A stretch of 64,000 bases of DNA from an uncultured delta proteobacterium (GTDB taxonomy: Bacteria; Desulfobacterota; Binatia; Binatales; Binataceae): NCBI GenBank assembly GCA_963794325.1, contig CAWCDG010000004.1:480001-544000 (forward strand). The letters are read 5' to 3'. Each line of letters opens with the position of its first letter. Position 1 is the first letter of the stretch. The notes beneath the pieces were generated by a model. The model did not search any database. It saw only the letters and a list, made by a program, of their open reading frames with translations, and had not been told where the DNA came from. The position numbers and the translations under genes are program-made. Below, piece after piece: positions 10,120 to 22,175 of this stretch.

Positions 10120-10679
10120 GCATGCTTACGGACACAATCGAAGACGCACGCAAGGAGATGGAGAAAACCGTCGAGGCGTTTCGCCACGAACTCTCCCGCG
10201 TCCGCACCGGCCGCGCGTCAACCGCGCTGGTCGAAAATCTGCAGGTGAACTACTACGGATCGAAAACTTCGCTACGGCAACTGGCGGGGTTGGCTGCGCC
10301 GGAGCCTCGCTTGATCGTGATAACGCCGTACGACAAGGGCGCGATGCACGACATCGAAAAAGCGATCCAGACTTCAGATCTCGGCTTGTCCCCGATGAAC
10401 GACGGCAAGGTCATTCGAATTCCGATTCCCGAGCTGACCGAGGAGCGCCGCAAGGATCTGGTCAAACACGTCCGCAAGATCGGCGAGGAATTCCGCGTCG
10501 GCATCCGCAACCATCGCCGCGACGCCAACGACATGCTCAAGGAACTGCACAAGGAAAAGCAGGCCACCGAGGACGAGATGCGCTCGGGCGAGGCCAAGGT
10601 CCAGACCTATACGACTGAGTTCATCGAAAAAATCGACAAAGTGCTCACCGCCAAAGAAGCGGAAATCATGGAGGTCTGA
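10116..10679 (+). CDS. frr: Ribosome recycling factor
   Basis: [38 protein letters not shown]. Confidence 0.98.
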   Translation: MSMLTDTIEDARKEMEKTVEAFRHELSRVRTGRASTALVENLQVNYYGSKTSLRQLAGLAAPEPRLIVITPYDKGAMHDIEKAIQTSDLGLSPMNDGKVIRIPIPELTEERRKDLVKHVRKIGEEFRVGIRNHRRDANDMLKELHKEKQATEDEMRSGEAKVQTYTTEFIEKIDKVLTAKEAEIMEV

Positions 10680-10706
10680 TCTCGCCCGTCACCATGCTTA
10701 AGCGGC

Positions 10707-11522
10707 GTGCGATCTTCGGTGAAGACTGAACCTCAAGTGGCCATCTCACTACCCCTAACAGATTTCCCCAACCTGTCTTTGGACCCATCGCGGATGCCGC
10801 GTCATGTGGCGATCGTGATGGACGGGAACGGACGATGGGCGAGCAGGCGCGGGCTCTCGCGTCATGAGGGTCATCGCCGCGGCAAGGATAGTGTCCGCGC
10901 GGTGGTCGATGCGGCCCGCGAGCTCGGCATCCCATACCTCACCCTGTATGCGTTTTCGAGCGAGAACTGGGGCCGTCCGACCACCGAAGTCAGCTTCCTG
11001 ATGCAGCTATTCCATCGCTACCTGATCACCGAAACCAAGCGCCTGATGAAACGCGACATCCGCGTGGTTGCCTTGGGAGACACCGAGCGACTGCCGCCGC
11101 GAGTCCGCGAGGCATTGGCCGAGACGGTCGCAGCGACGCGCGAGAATCGCGGGATGACGGTGGCGCTCGCTTTGTCGTACGGCGGCCGCCAGGACATCGT
11201 CAATGCGGCGCGATCGATCGCGCGAGCAGTCGCCGACGGCGCGATTTCTCCTGATCAAATCGACGAGCAGCTGGTCGCAAGCGAACTGACGACTACCGGA
11301 CTCCCCGATCCCGATCTGCTGATTCGAACCTCCGGAGAACTGCGCGTCTCCAATTTCTTTCTCTTTCAGCTCGCCTACACCGAACTATATTTCACCGACA
11401 CGTTGTGGCCCGATTTCCGCGAGCGCGAATTCCTAAGCGCGATTGCCGCCTATCAGCTTCGCGAGCGCCGTTTCGGCGCAGTCACCAACGGCACCGACAC
11501 CCGCCTGCGTGCTCAGAACTAG
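10707..11522 (+). CDS. uppS: Undecaprenyl diphosphate synthase (start uncertain)
   Basis: HVAIVMDGNGRWA, YAFSSENWGRP, PDLLIRTSGELRVSNF. Confidence 0.97.
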   Translation: MRSSVKTEPQVAISLPLTDFPNLSLDPSRMPRHVAIVMDGNGRWASRRGLSRHEGHRRGKDSVRAVVDAARELGIPYLTLYAFSSENWGRPTTEVSFLMQLFHRYLITETKRLMKRDIRVVALGDTERLPPRVREALAETVAATRENRGMTVALALSYGGRQDIVNAARSIARAVADGAISPDQIDEQLVASELTTTGLPDPDLLIRTSGELRVSNFFLFQLAYTELYFTDTLWPDFREREFLSAIAAYQLRERRFGAVTNGTDTRLRAQN

Positions 11523-12303
11523 GATTCTGACAGCGGCGGTCCTGCTGCCTGCTGTTGCAGCGCTGGTGCTTTTCGCGCCCGCTTGGCTTTTCACGATTGT
11601 CAACGCAGTCGCCGGTCTCTGGGGACTCTACGAAGTCGCCGCGATGACCGGCGCGCTTCATTGGGTCGCATTGCCACTGTTCGCAGTCGTCGGCGGCGTC
11701 CCATTGTTCGGACTGCTCTACGGTGGCGACCTGGGAGTGGTGGGATGGGTGGTGCCCGCGATCGTGATCCTCATGATGCTCGGGCTGGTCGTGCGTATCG
11801 AAATCTATGGCGGCGGCGAACCCTTCCGGGGACCGCGCCTCGTGTTCATGGGCGCGGCATACGTCGGATTCCTGTTCCCCTACTTTGCGCTGCTCCGCAA
11901 CAGTCCCGACGGCATCCACATGCTCCTGCTGGTCATCTTGATGGCGGTAGTGAGCGACAGTGGCGCGTACTTCGTCGGCAGGTTCATGGGGCGCACCAAA
12001 CTCGCCCCGAATGTCAGTCCCAACAAAACGGTCGAAGGCGCGATCGGCGGACTGATTGCGACGGTCGCCGCCTCGTGGTTGCTCTTTACGATAATAGGCG
12101 GGACGTGGGACATGGGCCGAATTCTGCTATTTGCCGCTATAGTCTCCATTCTCGCGCAACTCGGCGATCTCGCCGGCTCGGCCTTGAAGCGCGCGGCGGG
12201 AGTCAAGGACTCAGGTTGGATTTTCCCCGGCCACGGCGGCCTCCTCGATCGCACTTGTTCACTGGTCTTCCCGCTCTTTTTCGCCTACTATTGGTTTCGA
12301 TGA
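11509..12303 (+). CDS. cdsA: Phosphatidate cytidylyltransferase
   Basis: SDSGAYFVG, VSPNKTVEG, KRAAGVKDSG..FPGHGGLLDR; GTG start overlapping uppS. Confidence 0.95.
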   Translation: MLRTRILTAAVLLPAVAALVLFAPAWLFTIVNAVAGLWGLYEVAAMTGALHWVALPLFAVVGGVPLFGLLYGGDLGVVGWVVPAIVILMMLGLVVRIEIYGGGEPFRGPRLVFMGAAYVGFLFPYFALLRNSPDGIHMLLLVILMAVVSDSGAYFVGRFMGRTKLAPNVSPNKTVEGAIGGLIATVAASWLLFTIIGGTWDMGRILLFAAIVSILAQLGDLAGSALKRAAGVKDSGWIFPGHGGLLDRTCSLVFPLFFAYYWFR

Positions 12304-12368
12304 TGCGGCTTCGGGGGCCGCATTTTCACGCTGCGAAACCTCCGCGCTGGACCTACTGAGTAAACTAA

Positions 12369-13719
12369 ATGATATCTTCGATTCTGTACGCCGCACTGGT
12401 CTTCGCGGTGCTCGTAGTCGTGCATGAGGCGGGGCATTTTGCGATGGCCAAGAAGGTCGGAGTTCGCGTCCTGCGATTCTCGGTCGGCTATCCGCCAAAA
12501 GTCCTGGGATTCCGCCGCGGCGAGACCGAGTACTCGATCGGCGCGACTCCCTTCGGCGGCTACGTCCGAATGCTGGGTGACGAAGTCGGCGAGAAGCCCA
12601 CCCTCGAAGAACTGACTTTGTATCTTCACGAAATCGGCCTCGACCTGATCGGAGCCGCGCGCGAGCACGGCACGACCCTGGCCGGCGTTTTCGATGAGAA
12701 TCTGCTGCACACTGGCGGAGCGTCTGAGCGCATCGGGCGCCGGCGTCGCGCAGACAATTCTCGGGCGCGAGCTAAAGCCCGACGAGGCGCTGCTCCTCAA
12801 CGAAGTCCGCGGTCAGCCCAAAGTTGACGACGCGATCAAAACGCTCGCGGAACATCCGCCCACCGTGCTGGTCGAGGCGTACTGCAAGCGCGCCTTTCCG
12901 ACGCAGTCGCTCGGCAAGCGCATTCTGATCGTAATTGCGGGACCGCTGTCCAACATCATTTTCGCGCCCCTGCTGCTCACCTTCGTTTTCATGTACGGCG
13001 TGCCAACGCTATTGCCGGTCGTCGGCAAGACCACCAAGGATCTCCCGGCTGCGAAGGCGGGACTTCAAATCGGCGACCGGATTCTTTCGGTCAATGGACA
13101 GCCGATGGATACCTGGGCCGATTTCTCCAAGACTGTCAAAGCCGGCGACGGCTCCCCCGTCACGCTTGAAATCGAACGTCAGCAGAAGGGCCAATCCGCG
13201 CACAGCACGATCGTGATCAAGCCGACCCGGATCGACCAGAAAAATATTTATGGCGTCAACGCGACCAGCTGGGTAATCGGAGTACAGCCGAACGGCGATG
13301 AGGTATCCAAGCGCTACGGCCCGATCGGCGCCGTGCGAGAGGCTTGCGAAACGTCGGTCGAGATGACGGTCCAGATGGTCGTCGGAATCGCCAGTATCTT
13401 CACCGGCAGCACTCCTGTGAAAGAGGCGCTCGGTGGTCCGATCATGATCGCGCAGATGGCCGGCCAGGAGGCGCATCGCGGATTCGCGAACCTCGCGATG
13501 TTCACCGTGATGCTTAGCCTCGAGCTCGGCATCATAAATTTGTTGCCGGTGCCGCTGCTCGACGGCGGGCATCTGCTGTTCTTCGTCTTCGAGGGTATCA
13601 AGGGCAAGCCGCTCGAACTTCGCTATCGCGAGGCGATGCTCCAGGTTGGACTCTTTTTGCTCGTGGCACTTATGGCGTTCGTAATCTTCAATGACATCTC
13701 GCGTATTGTGCAAGGTTAA
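12369..13719 (+). CDS. rseP: RIP metalloprotease RseP, split by an apparent +1 frameshift near 12708
   Basis: HEAGH in the 5' frame; AGPLSN, PDZ-like region and NLLPVPLLDGGH in the 3' frame. Confidence 0.9.
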
Positions 13720-14512
13720 TCGGCTGCTCGAACAGGCCGCCGCGACGCGCCCGGTCCTGGGACTCGATACCTCCACATCAATCGCAAGCCTCGCGCTGAT
13801 CGCCGGCGGCAAAGTCGCTGCATCGCTCGAACGTCCCGCGAGTTCGCACGGCGCCGCATTGCCGGGCGCGCTCGACGACCTTCTCGGCGCTGCCGGACTG
13901 TCGATTCGTGACGTCGGCGCGATAGCCGTCGGCATCGGACCCGGCTCCTTCACCGGCCTGCGCATCGGTATCAGCTATGCCAAGGGACTCGCGATGGCGT
14001 CAGGATGCGCGCTGGTCGGAGTGCCGGGTTTCGACGCGGTAGCCTTAGCGGCTCTCGAGCGCAACAATATCGGCGAAGGCCATCTGGTCTGCGTGGTCAT
14101 GGATGCCCGAAAAGGCGAAGTTTACGCAGCCCTTTACCGCGTCGTGGCCGATGGGCTAGAAAAACTGTCAGAGGAATTGGTAATCGCGCTGAAACACCTG
14201 GCTTCGCAAATCACCGAGGACGTAACGTTGGTCGGTGACGAGAGAGCGAAGGATGCGGCGGCCCTTGTGGAATCGCGGGGTCATAGGGTGGCGGTTTTCG
14301 AAATAGGGAAGCTCGATTTGCGCGGAGTCTGCGTCGCAGCGCTGGGCGGGGCGGATTTTGCCCGTGGTGAAACGGATCGGGCGGCTTCGATTGAGCCGCT
14401 ATACATCAGGACGCCGGAGGCTACGTTCAGGCCCACTTCGAAACATCCGGCAGGCATAGGCACGGAGGGCGTATGGAGCATCGAGAGGAAGAACTCATTC
14501 GGCAGCATCTGA
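13691..14512 (+). CDS. tsaB: tRNA t6A biosynthesis protein TsaB (start uncertain)
   Basis: VLGLDTST, GPGSFTGLRIG, DARKGEVY, EPLYIR. Confidence 0.93.
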   Translation: MTSRVLCKVNRLLEQAAATRPVLGLDTSTSIASLALIAGGKVAASLERPASSHGAALPGALDDLLGAAGLSIRDVGAIAVGIGPGSFTGLRIGISYAKGLAMASGCALVGVPGFDAVALAALERNNIGEGHLVCVVMDARKGEVYAALYRVVADGLEKLSEELVIALKHLASQITEDVTLVGDERAKDAAALVESRGHRVAVFEIGKLDLRGVCVAALGGADFARGETDRAASIEPLYIRTPEATFRPTSKHPAGIGTEGVWSIERKNSFGSI

Positions 14513-14703
14513 CCCATGACGAGGAGCTGAGGGCCCTCTACGCTGAGCATCAATCGCTCAAGCAAAAACTCGAAGTCTTTAGAAATAAACATTACCTGAC
14601 CAACGAAGAGGAAATCGAAGAAAAGCGCATCCAGAAGCTTAAGCTGGCCTCGAAAGACCGCATGATGGCGATTCTCGACCGCTATCAGCAAGAGGCTCGC
14701 TGA
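14473..14703 (+). CDS. YdcH/DUF465-family coiled-coil protein
   Basis: L..EH..L...KLKLASKDRM pattern; GGAGG RBS. Confidence 0.82.
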   Translation: MEHREEELIRQHLTHDEELRALYAEHQSLKQKLEVFRNKHYLTNEEEIEEKRIQKLKLASKDRMMAILDRYQQEAR

Positions 14704-14741
14704 CGCCAAGGGTCCGGCCATGAGCGCGCGCACTCCACCGC

Positions 14742-15272
14742 ATGACAAGTCATACGATATCGGTTCTGGTTGAAAACGAATTCGGCGTGCTCGCACGCGT
14801 GGCCGGACTGTTTTCGGGCCGCGGCTTTAACATCGAATCCCTCACCGTCGCCGAGGATCCGCTCGATCCGACGGTCTCGAGGATTGTGCTGGTCACCACC
14901 GGCGACGATCAGATCGTCGAGCAGATCAACAAGCAGCTCAACAAGCTCGTCTCGGTCATCAAGATCACCGACTTCAAGGACGTCGAGACGATCGATCGCG
15001 AGATGGTGATCGTCAAGGTCGCGGTGGACGAGCGCACCCGCTCCGAGCTCGACTCGATCGTCAACGCCTATCGCGCCCACGTGGTCGATATCGGCCCGCG
15101 CGCAATCACCGTCGAGCTCACCGGCAACTCCGAAAAGATCAAGGCGTTCATCGCGATCGTCCGCCCGCTCGGAATCAAGGAAGTTGTGCGCTCGGGCAAA
15201 GTCGCGATGGCGCGCACGGTGCAGCTCAATAACAATAATCATCAGGGTCGCCGGACGCGCGAAGCTGAGTAG
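14742..15272 (+). CDS. ilvN: Acetolactate synthase small subunit
   Basis: VLVENEFGVLARVAGLFSGRGFNIESL ACT domain; EQINKQLNKL. Confidence 0.96.
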   Translation: MTSHTISVLVENEFGVLARVAGLFSGRGFNIESLTVAEDPLDPTVSRIVLVTTGDDQIVEQINKQLNKLVSVIKITDFKDVETIDREMVIVKVAVDERTRSELDSIVNAYRAHVVDIGPRAITVELTGNSEKIKAFIAIVRPLGIKEVVRSGKVAMARTVQLNNNNHQGRRTREAE

Positions 15273-15305
15273 TCTGACAGCGAGAAAATTCGGGAGAACA
15301 TTCAA

Positions 15306-16322
15306 ATGAAGGTTTATTACGACCGCGACGCGGACCTGTCCGCGCTCAAGGGCAAAAGTATCGCGGTCATCGGCTTTGGAAGCCAGGGACATGCGCATGC
15401 GCTCAACCTGCGCGACAGCGGGATGGACGTATGCGTCGGCCTCGGCGCGAAATCAACGTCGCGCGAAAAGGCGATCAAGCAGGGACTGAAGGTATTCGAC
15501 ACCGCGGAGGCCGCCAAGCGCGCCGATGTGATCATGGTGCTGGTGCCCGACGAGATGGGCTCCGAGATTTACGAGGCCGAAATTGCGCCGCATCTCACCA
15601 AGGGCAAGTACCTGGCCTTCGGTCACGGCTTCAACATCCATTTCAAATTCATCAAGCCGCCCGCCGACGTTAACGTCTTCATGATCGCGCCGAAGGGACC
15701 CGGCCATCTCGTGCGCTCCGAATACACCAAGGGCCGCGGCGTGCCGTGCCTGCTCGCCGTCGAGCAGGATCCGTCGGGCGATACCACCAAAGTCGGGCTC
15801 GCGTACGGCAGCGCAATCGGCGGAGGACGCGCGGCGATTATCGAAACCTCGTTCAGGGAGGAAACCGAGACCGATCTGTTCGGCGAGCAATCCGTGCTTT
15901 GCGGCGGACTCACCGAACTGATTCGCGCCGGCTACGAAACCCTGGTCGAGGCCGGCTACGCGCCCGAGATGGCGTATTTCGAGACCTTGCACGAGGTTAA
16001 GCTGATCGTGGACCTGATCTACGAGGGCGGAATCTCGAACATGCGCTACTCGATCAGCAACACCGCCGAGTACGGCGACATGACGCGCGGCACCAAGGTG
16101 ATCGGCAAGGACTCGCGCGCGGCGATGAAACAAATCCTCGCCGACATTCAGTCGGGCAAGTTCGCCAACGAATGGATCGGCGACTACAAGGCCGGGCTGC
16201 CGCGCTTCCGCGAGCTGCGCAAGGAAGCCGAGAAGCATCCGGTCGAGGAAGTCGGCCGCAAGCTGCGCGCGTTCATGCCGTGGCTCGCGAGCGATCGGCT
16301 GGTCGATAAGTCCAGGAACTAG
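15306..16322 (+). CDS. ilvC: Ketol-acid reductoisomerase
   Basis: [34 protein letters not shown]. Confidence 0.99.
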   Translation: MKVYYDRDADLSALKGKSIAVIGFGSQGHAHALNLRDSGMDVCVGLGAKSTSREKAIKQGLKVFDTAEAAKRADVIMVLVPDEMGSEIYEAEIAPHLTKGKYLAFGHGFNIHFKFIKPPADVNVFMIAPKGPGHLVRSEYTKGRGVPCLLAVEQDPSGDTTKVGLAYGSAIGGGRAAIIETSFREETETDLFGEQSVLCGGLTELIRAGYETLVEAGYAPEMAYFETLHEVKLIVDLIYEGGISNMRYSISNTAEYGDMTRGTKVIGKDSRAAMKQILADIQSGKFANEWIGDYKAGLPRFRELRKEAEKHPVEEVGRKLRAFMPWLASDRLVDKSRN

Positions 16323-16328
16323 GCGTTC

Positions 16329-17027
16329 GTGGCGGGCGAAACCGACAGCGGGCGTCCGGCGCCGGGCCCGATATTCGCGCGCATCGCGAGCGCGATCGGA
16401 ATCGCGACCGAAGGCGTCGCGATGTCGCTTGGGTTGGCGGTTGTCGGACTGGTTCTGATCCTGTTCGGCCTGAACTCGATCGGCGCGATCCTGGTGATAC
16501 TCGCGATCCCGATTGCGCTTTTCTTTCGCGATCCCGATCGCTATCCACCCCGCACCGAAAACGTCGTGATTTCGGGCGCCGACGGCAAAGTTACCGACGT
16601 TTCCGACGTATATTTTCCCGGCGCGACCGAGATGCGCTGTCATCGCGTTTCAGTGTTCATGTCGCCGCTCAACGTCCACGTGAATCGCGCGCCGATCAGT
16701 GGCGAAGTCACGATCGTCGAGCATACCAGTGGCGAGTTTCGCGCCGCCTTTCGCGACGACGCCAACGAGCACAATGAGCGCAACCTCATTGCGATGACCG
16801 ACGCGTCGGGCCGCATGTTCGCCATGATGCAGGTGGCGGGCTACCTCGCCCGGCGCATAGTTTGCCGGCTCCGCGCGCATGATAGAATACAAATCGGCCA
16901 GCGGATCGGCCTGATTATGTTTGGAAGCCGCGTCGATCATTTTTTTCCGTCCGAGTACCGGGTCACCGTCTCGACGGGGCAACGCGTCCGCGCCGGAGAA
17001 TCAGTCATCGGAGCAATCGAGCCATGA
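16329..17027 (+). CDS. psd: Phosphatidylserine decarboxylase proenzyme
   Basis: FFRDPDR, SVFMSPLNVHVNR, NERN, FGSRVD autocleavage motif. Confidence 0.94.
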   Translation: MAGETDSGRPAPGPIFARIASAIGIATEGVAMSLGLAVVGLVLILFGLNSIGAILVILAIPIALFFRDPDRYPPRTENVVISGADGKVTDVSDVYFPGATEMRCHRVSVFMSPLNVHVNRAPISGEVTIVEHTSGEFRAAFRDDANEHNERNLIAMTDASGRMFAMMQVAGYLARRIVCRLRAHDRIQIGQRIGLIMFGSRVDHFFPSEYRVTVSTGQRVRAGESVIGAIEP

Positions 17028-17946
17028 GCCGCAATTCCCGCCGCTCGCGCGAAGAGCGATTCCGGATGCAACTCCATTCGGGTGAGCGCCGCGAACCCGG
17101 CATCATCGAAGACAGCCCACTGCGTCGTGGCGTCTTTCTGTTGCCCGCGACGATCACTTCGATCGGCCTGCTCTCGGGCTTCTACTCGATGGTCTCCGCG
17201 GTTACCGGTCACTTCGAAGTCGCCGCCGTGATGATCATCGTCGCGTTCTTTTGCGACGGCCTCGACGGGCGCGTCGCGCGCGCGTCGCGCACCTCGAGCC
17301 AGTTCGGCGTCGAGTTCGATAGCCTCTCCGACGTGGTCGCATTCGGCGTCGCACCCGCGATGCTGGTCTTCTCGTGGGCGTTGAGGCCAATCGGCTCGCT
17401 CGGAATCGCAGTCGCAGGATTGTTCGTGCTGTGCGGCGCGCTTCGCCTGGCGCGCTTCAACGTGCAGACCGAGACGGCGGACAAGAGTCGTTTCGTCGGC
17501 ATCCCGATTCCCGGCGCCGCGATCATGATCGCCTCGCTCGTGCTGGCATACAGCTACTTCGAATTCGATTCGCCGCGCACCCTATGCTACGCTTGATGGT
17601 GCCGATCACGCTGACGCTCGGCGGTCTCATGATCTCGCGAGTGCCCTACCCCAGCTTCAAAGCGATGAAGCTCGAGAAGCGCGCACAGTTCGAACTCGTG
17701 ATCATCATGATGGTAGTTGCCGCGATGCTGTTCGCGATGCCGCAGCTCACCGCATTCCTGCTCTCAGCGGCGTACGTGCTATCCGGTCCCGCACTGATGA
17801 TTCGAGGCGAACGCTTGAGCGCCAAAGTCTCGGTGCTGCGCCCCGTCGCGCCGACGAAGCCTCACGACACCAACGGCGCCGCATCGCAACCCGACACGGC
17901 CAAGCGCACCCGCAGCCTCCGCGACCACCAACCCGTGTCTCACTGA
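17024..17946 (+). CDS. pssA: CDP-diacylglycerol--serine O-phosphatidyltransferase, apparent frameshift near 17590
   Basis: DGLDGRVAR..FG.EFDSLSD, RLARFN; C-terminal LMISRVPYPSFK lies in another frame after TGA at 17594-17596. Confidence 0.9.
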
Positions 17947-17978
17947 TCAATTCTCCGATCGCGCATTCTCATCACTGC

Positions 17979-18008
17979 TTGACTGAGGTCTCCATCGGCG
18001 CTTAGAAT
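17979..18008 (+). promoter_or_regulatory. sigma70-like promoter of the leuA leader
   Basis: TTGACT, 18-nt spacer, TAGAAT. Confidence 0.6.
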
Positions 18009-18017
18009 CCGTACACG

Positions 18018-18101
18018 ATGTATTGCAACCTGCTACCGGAGCTGCTGCTTAGCCTGGCCCTTACCGGGGCCCACGCCAGGCGCGCGTCCGGACAGGTTTA
18101 A
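18018..18101 (+). CDS. leuL: Leu-rich attenuator leader peptide MYCNLLPELLLSLALTGAHARRASGQV
   Basis: 7 Leu in the first 15 codons; upstream of a terminator and leuA; below the ORF-track size cutoff. Confidence 0.8.
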   Translation: MYCNLLPELLLSLALTGAHARRASGQV

Positions 18102-18123
18102 CCGCCTGATTAAACTGAGACAC

Positions 18124-18171
18124 ACGCCCCGGGCAGTGGGCCGATCGAACCCGCCCGGGGCGTTTTCTTTT
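18124..18171 (+). terminator. Attenuator terminator hairpin
   Basis: 11-bp stem ACGCCCCGGGC/GCCCGGGGCGT followed by TTTCTTTT; competing CCGGGGC at 18064-18070. Confidence 0.85.
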
Positions 18172-18230
18172 CCACTTTCCGCTCTCGGCGAACGATCGGC
18201 AGCTGATCCCGCGGCGATGATGCGGGAGGT

Positions 18231-19814
<1,584 letters not shown>

Positions 19815-20066
19815 GCCAGTGGAAAGTGAAAATGGGGCTTGCCGCAACATGATACTTGGGCTACTGGTTTGACAGCTTGAGTTTGAACTTGAATTCGCTC
19901 TTCATCCCGTGCGATGTGTGGCTTTCGGCGGCTCCCGCCGTTGTGGCGAAGTTTGCTACCGCGCCATCGCGCTCTGCGGTCGTAATTTTCGAGGCTATAC
20001 ACTGACGGGTCGAGACTGTCTCACTCTCCTCCCGATCACTCACGTCCAGGCGTTCAACGCTTTCGC

Positions 20067-21182
20067 ATGGCCTATAAAATTCTAGTTCTCAAAGGTGACG
20101 GCATCGGCCCCGAGGTTGTCGGCGAAGCCCTGCAGGTTCTCAAGATCATCGCGCGCCGATCGGCGGTCGATCTCGAGTTCAAGGAAGGATTGATCGGCGG
20201 TCACGCGCTTGACACCGCTGGCACCCCACTGCCCGATGAAGTGCTCAAGCTCGCGCAGGACAGCGACGCGATTCTGCTCGGCGCAGTCGGCGGACCGAAA
20301 TGGGACAAGCCCAACGCCGAGAAGCGTCCCGAGCAGGCGCTGCTTGGACTGCGGAAAGCACTCGGACTGTTCGCCAATGTCCGTCCGGTGAAAACCGTCA
20401 AGGAACTGATGGCTGCGTCGCCGCTCAAGGCCGAAGTGATCAGCGGCGTCGACGTGGTAATCATTCGCGAGCTGACCGGCGGCATCTACTACGGCCAGCC
20501 GAGCGAAAGGCGCGCGTCCAAGGATGGCCGCGAGGCGGTCGATACGTGCTTCTACAGCGAGGCCGAGATTACCCGCGTCCTCAAGTTTGGTTTCGAGCTG
20601 GCCCAGGATCGCCGCAAGAAACTGACCTCGGTCGACAAGGCCAACGTGCTCGCAACCTCCCGCTTGTGGCGGGAGATCGCAACCGAGCTGAGCGCGCAGT
20701 ACAAAGATGTCGCGTTCGAAAACCAGCTGGTCGATTCGATGGCGATGCATCTGATACGGCGTCCCAAGGACTTCGACGTGGTCGTCACCGAAAACATGTT
20801 CGGCGACATCCTGACCGACGAGGCCTCGGTGCTCGCGGGATCGATGGGCCTGTTGCCATCAGCGTCGCTTGGCGAGGAGCTCAACAGCGCCGGTTTCCGC
20901 GTCGGTCTCTACGAACCGATTCACGGCAGCGCCCCTGATATCGCGGGCCGCGACGAAGCGAATCCGCTCGCCGCGATCCTGTCGGCCGGACTGTTGCTCG
21001 AGCATTCGCTCGGAATGCGTTCCGAAGCCGAGCTGATTTCCAATGCTGTCGATTCTGTAGTGCGCGACGGCTATCGCACTCGCGACCTTCACGGCGGCAC
21101 CGGCACGCAGACCGTCGGATGCAAGGCGATGGGCCGGCTGGTCCGCGAAAAACTCGAGAGCAGCGAAAGCGAAGGCGAATGA
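20067..21182 (+). CDS. leuB: 3-isopropylmalate dehydrogenase
   Basis: GDGIGPEV, RELTGGIYYG, VDKANVL, NMFGDILTDEA, EPIHGSAPDIAG. Confidence 0.98.
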   Translation: MAYKILVLKGDGIGPEVVGEALQVLKIIARRSAVDLEFKEGLIGGHALDTAGTPLPDEVLKLAQDSDAILLGAVGGPKWDKPNAEKRPEQALLGLRKALGLFANVRPVKTVKELMAASPLKAEVISGVDVVIIRELTGGIYYGQPSERRASKDGREAVDTCFYSEAEITRVLKFGFELAQDRRKKLTSVDKANVLATSRLWREIATELSAQYKDVAFENQLVDSMAMHLIRRPKDFDVVVTENMFGDILTDEASVLAGSMGLLPSASLGEELNSAGFRVGLYEPIHGSAPDIAGRDEANPLAAILSAGLLLEHSLGMRSEAELISNAVDSVVRDGYRTRDLHGGTGTQTVGCKAMGRLVREKLESSESEGE

Positions 21183-22165
21183 GTAATACCCGCGAACCGA
21201 GAGTGGCGGTTGTCGGCGCCACCGGCGCGGTCGGCAACCAGCTAATCGAACTGATCGCCGCGCGCGGCTTCCAGCTCAGCGACCTCAAACTCTTCACGAC
21301 CGAAGCGGGCGCGATGCAGACTGTCGATGCGGGCGGCGAGGAGCGTCTGGTTGACGCGCTCGAGAATCCAGACGATCTTCGCGACTTCGATATCGCATTC
21401 CTCGCGATTCCCGCTCCGCGAGCGTCGGAAATCATTGCCGCGCAGCCCGGCCCGATTCTGATCGACCTGAGCGCGGCGAATCGCCCACCCTCGGACGCAC
21501 CGATGGTCGCGCCGGGGCTCACTCTGCGCCCGGCATTCGCGCAATTGCGCAATTCGAAAGTCTTCGCGATTCCTCATCCCGCCGCGCACGTGCTCGCCAC
21601 CTGTCTGAAAGCGCTCGGCACGCGCAGTGGATTCGTGGGCGCGACCGCGATGCTCGGCGCGAGTGCGGGCGGCATGGAAATGCTCACAGCTACAGTCGAT
21701 CAGACCACCGATCTTCTGAGCGCGCGCCTTGAGCTCGACGACGAGGAAGTCCAGCGCGGCTTCAACGCCTTCATTCGCGAGCATGAGCGCTCAGTCGCCG
21801 CCGCGATCACCGCGCAAGTCGCGACGTTGCTCGACAAAGCGCCGCCGCTCTCCGTCCAAGCCGTCGCAATTCCCGTCCTCCACGGTTCCGGATTGACTAT
21901 CGATCTCCAGCGCCCCCGCGATCGCACCGGCAACGGTGAAGACCCTGTCGAGTTGCTGCGCGTCGCACCCGGCATCCTGATCGCCGAGGAAGGCGAGCCG
22001 CTCGGCGTCATCGACGCTGTCGGCCAGGAGGCGATCGTGGTCAGCGTCGAGACGCGGCCCGAGTCGCTGTCGCTCTGGTGCGTGTTTGACAATACGCGCC
22101 TGGCGGCTCTGGGAGCGCTCTGGATCGCCGAGACCCTGGCGCTCAGCTCGCCGACGCTTGCTTGA
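21179..22165 (+). CDS. Aspartate-semialdehyde dehydrogenase-like (Usg-type) protein, probably non-catalytic
   Basis: VAVVGATGAVG Rossmann motif and DNTR C-terminus, but the NPNC catalytic Cys position reads IPHPA; ATGA overlap with leuB. Confidence 0.8.
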   Translation: MSNTREPRVAVVGATGAVGNQLIELIAARGFQLSDLKLFTTEAGAMQTVDAGGEERLVDALENPDDLRDFDIAFLAIPAPRASEIIAAQPGPILIDLSAANRPPSDAPMVAPGLTLRPAFAQLRNSKVFAIPHPAAHVLATCLKALGTRSGFVGATAMLGASAGGMEMLTATVDQTTDLLSARLELDDEEVQRGFNAFIREHERSVAAAITAQVATLLDKAPPLSVQAVAIPVLHGSGLTIDLQRPRDRTGNGEDPVELLRVAPGILIAEEGEPLGVIDAVGQEAIVVSVETRPESLSLWCVFDNTRLAALGALWIAETLALSSPTLA

Positions 22166-22175
22166 TCGCCGCACG

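Noticed and set aside
17594-17596. TGA in pssA as selenocysteine or readthrough, given selA in the window
   Set aside because: The conserved continuation is in a different frame, so readthrough cannot restore it.
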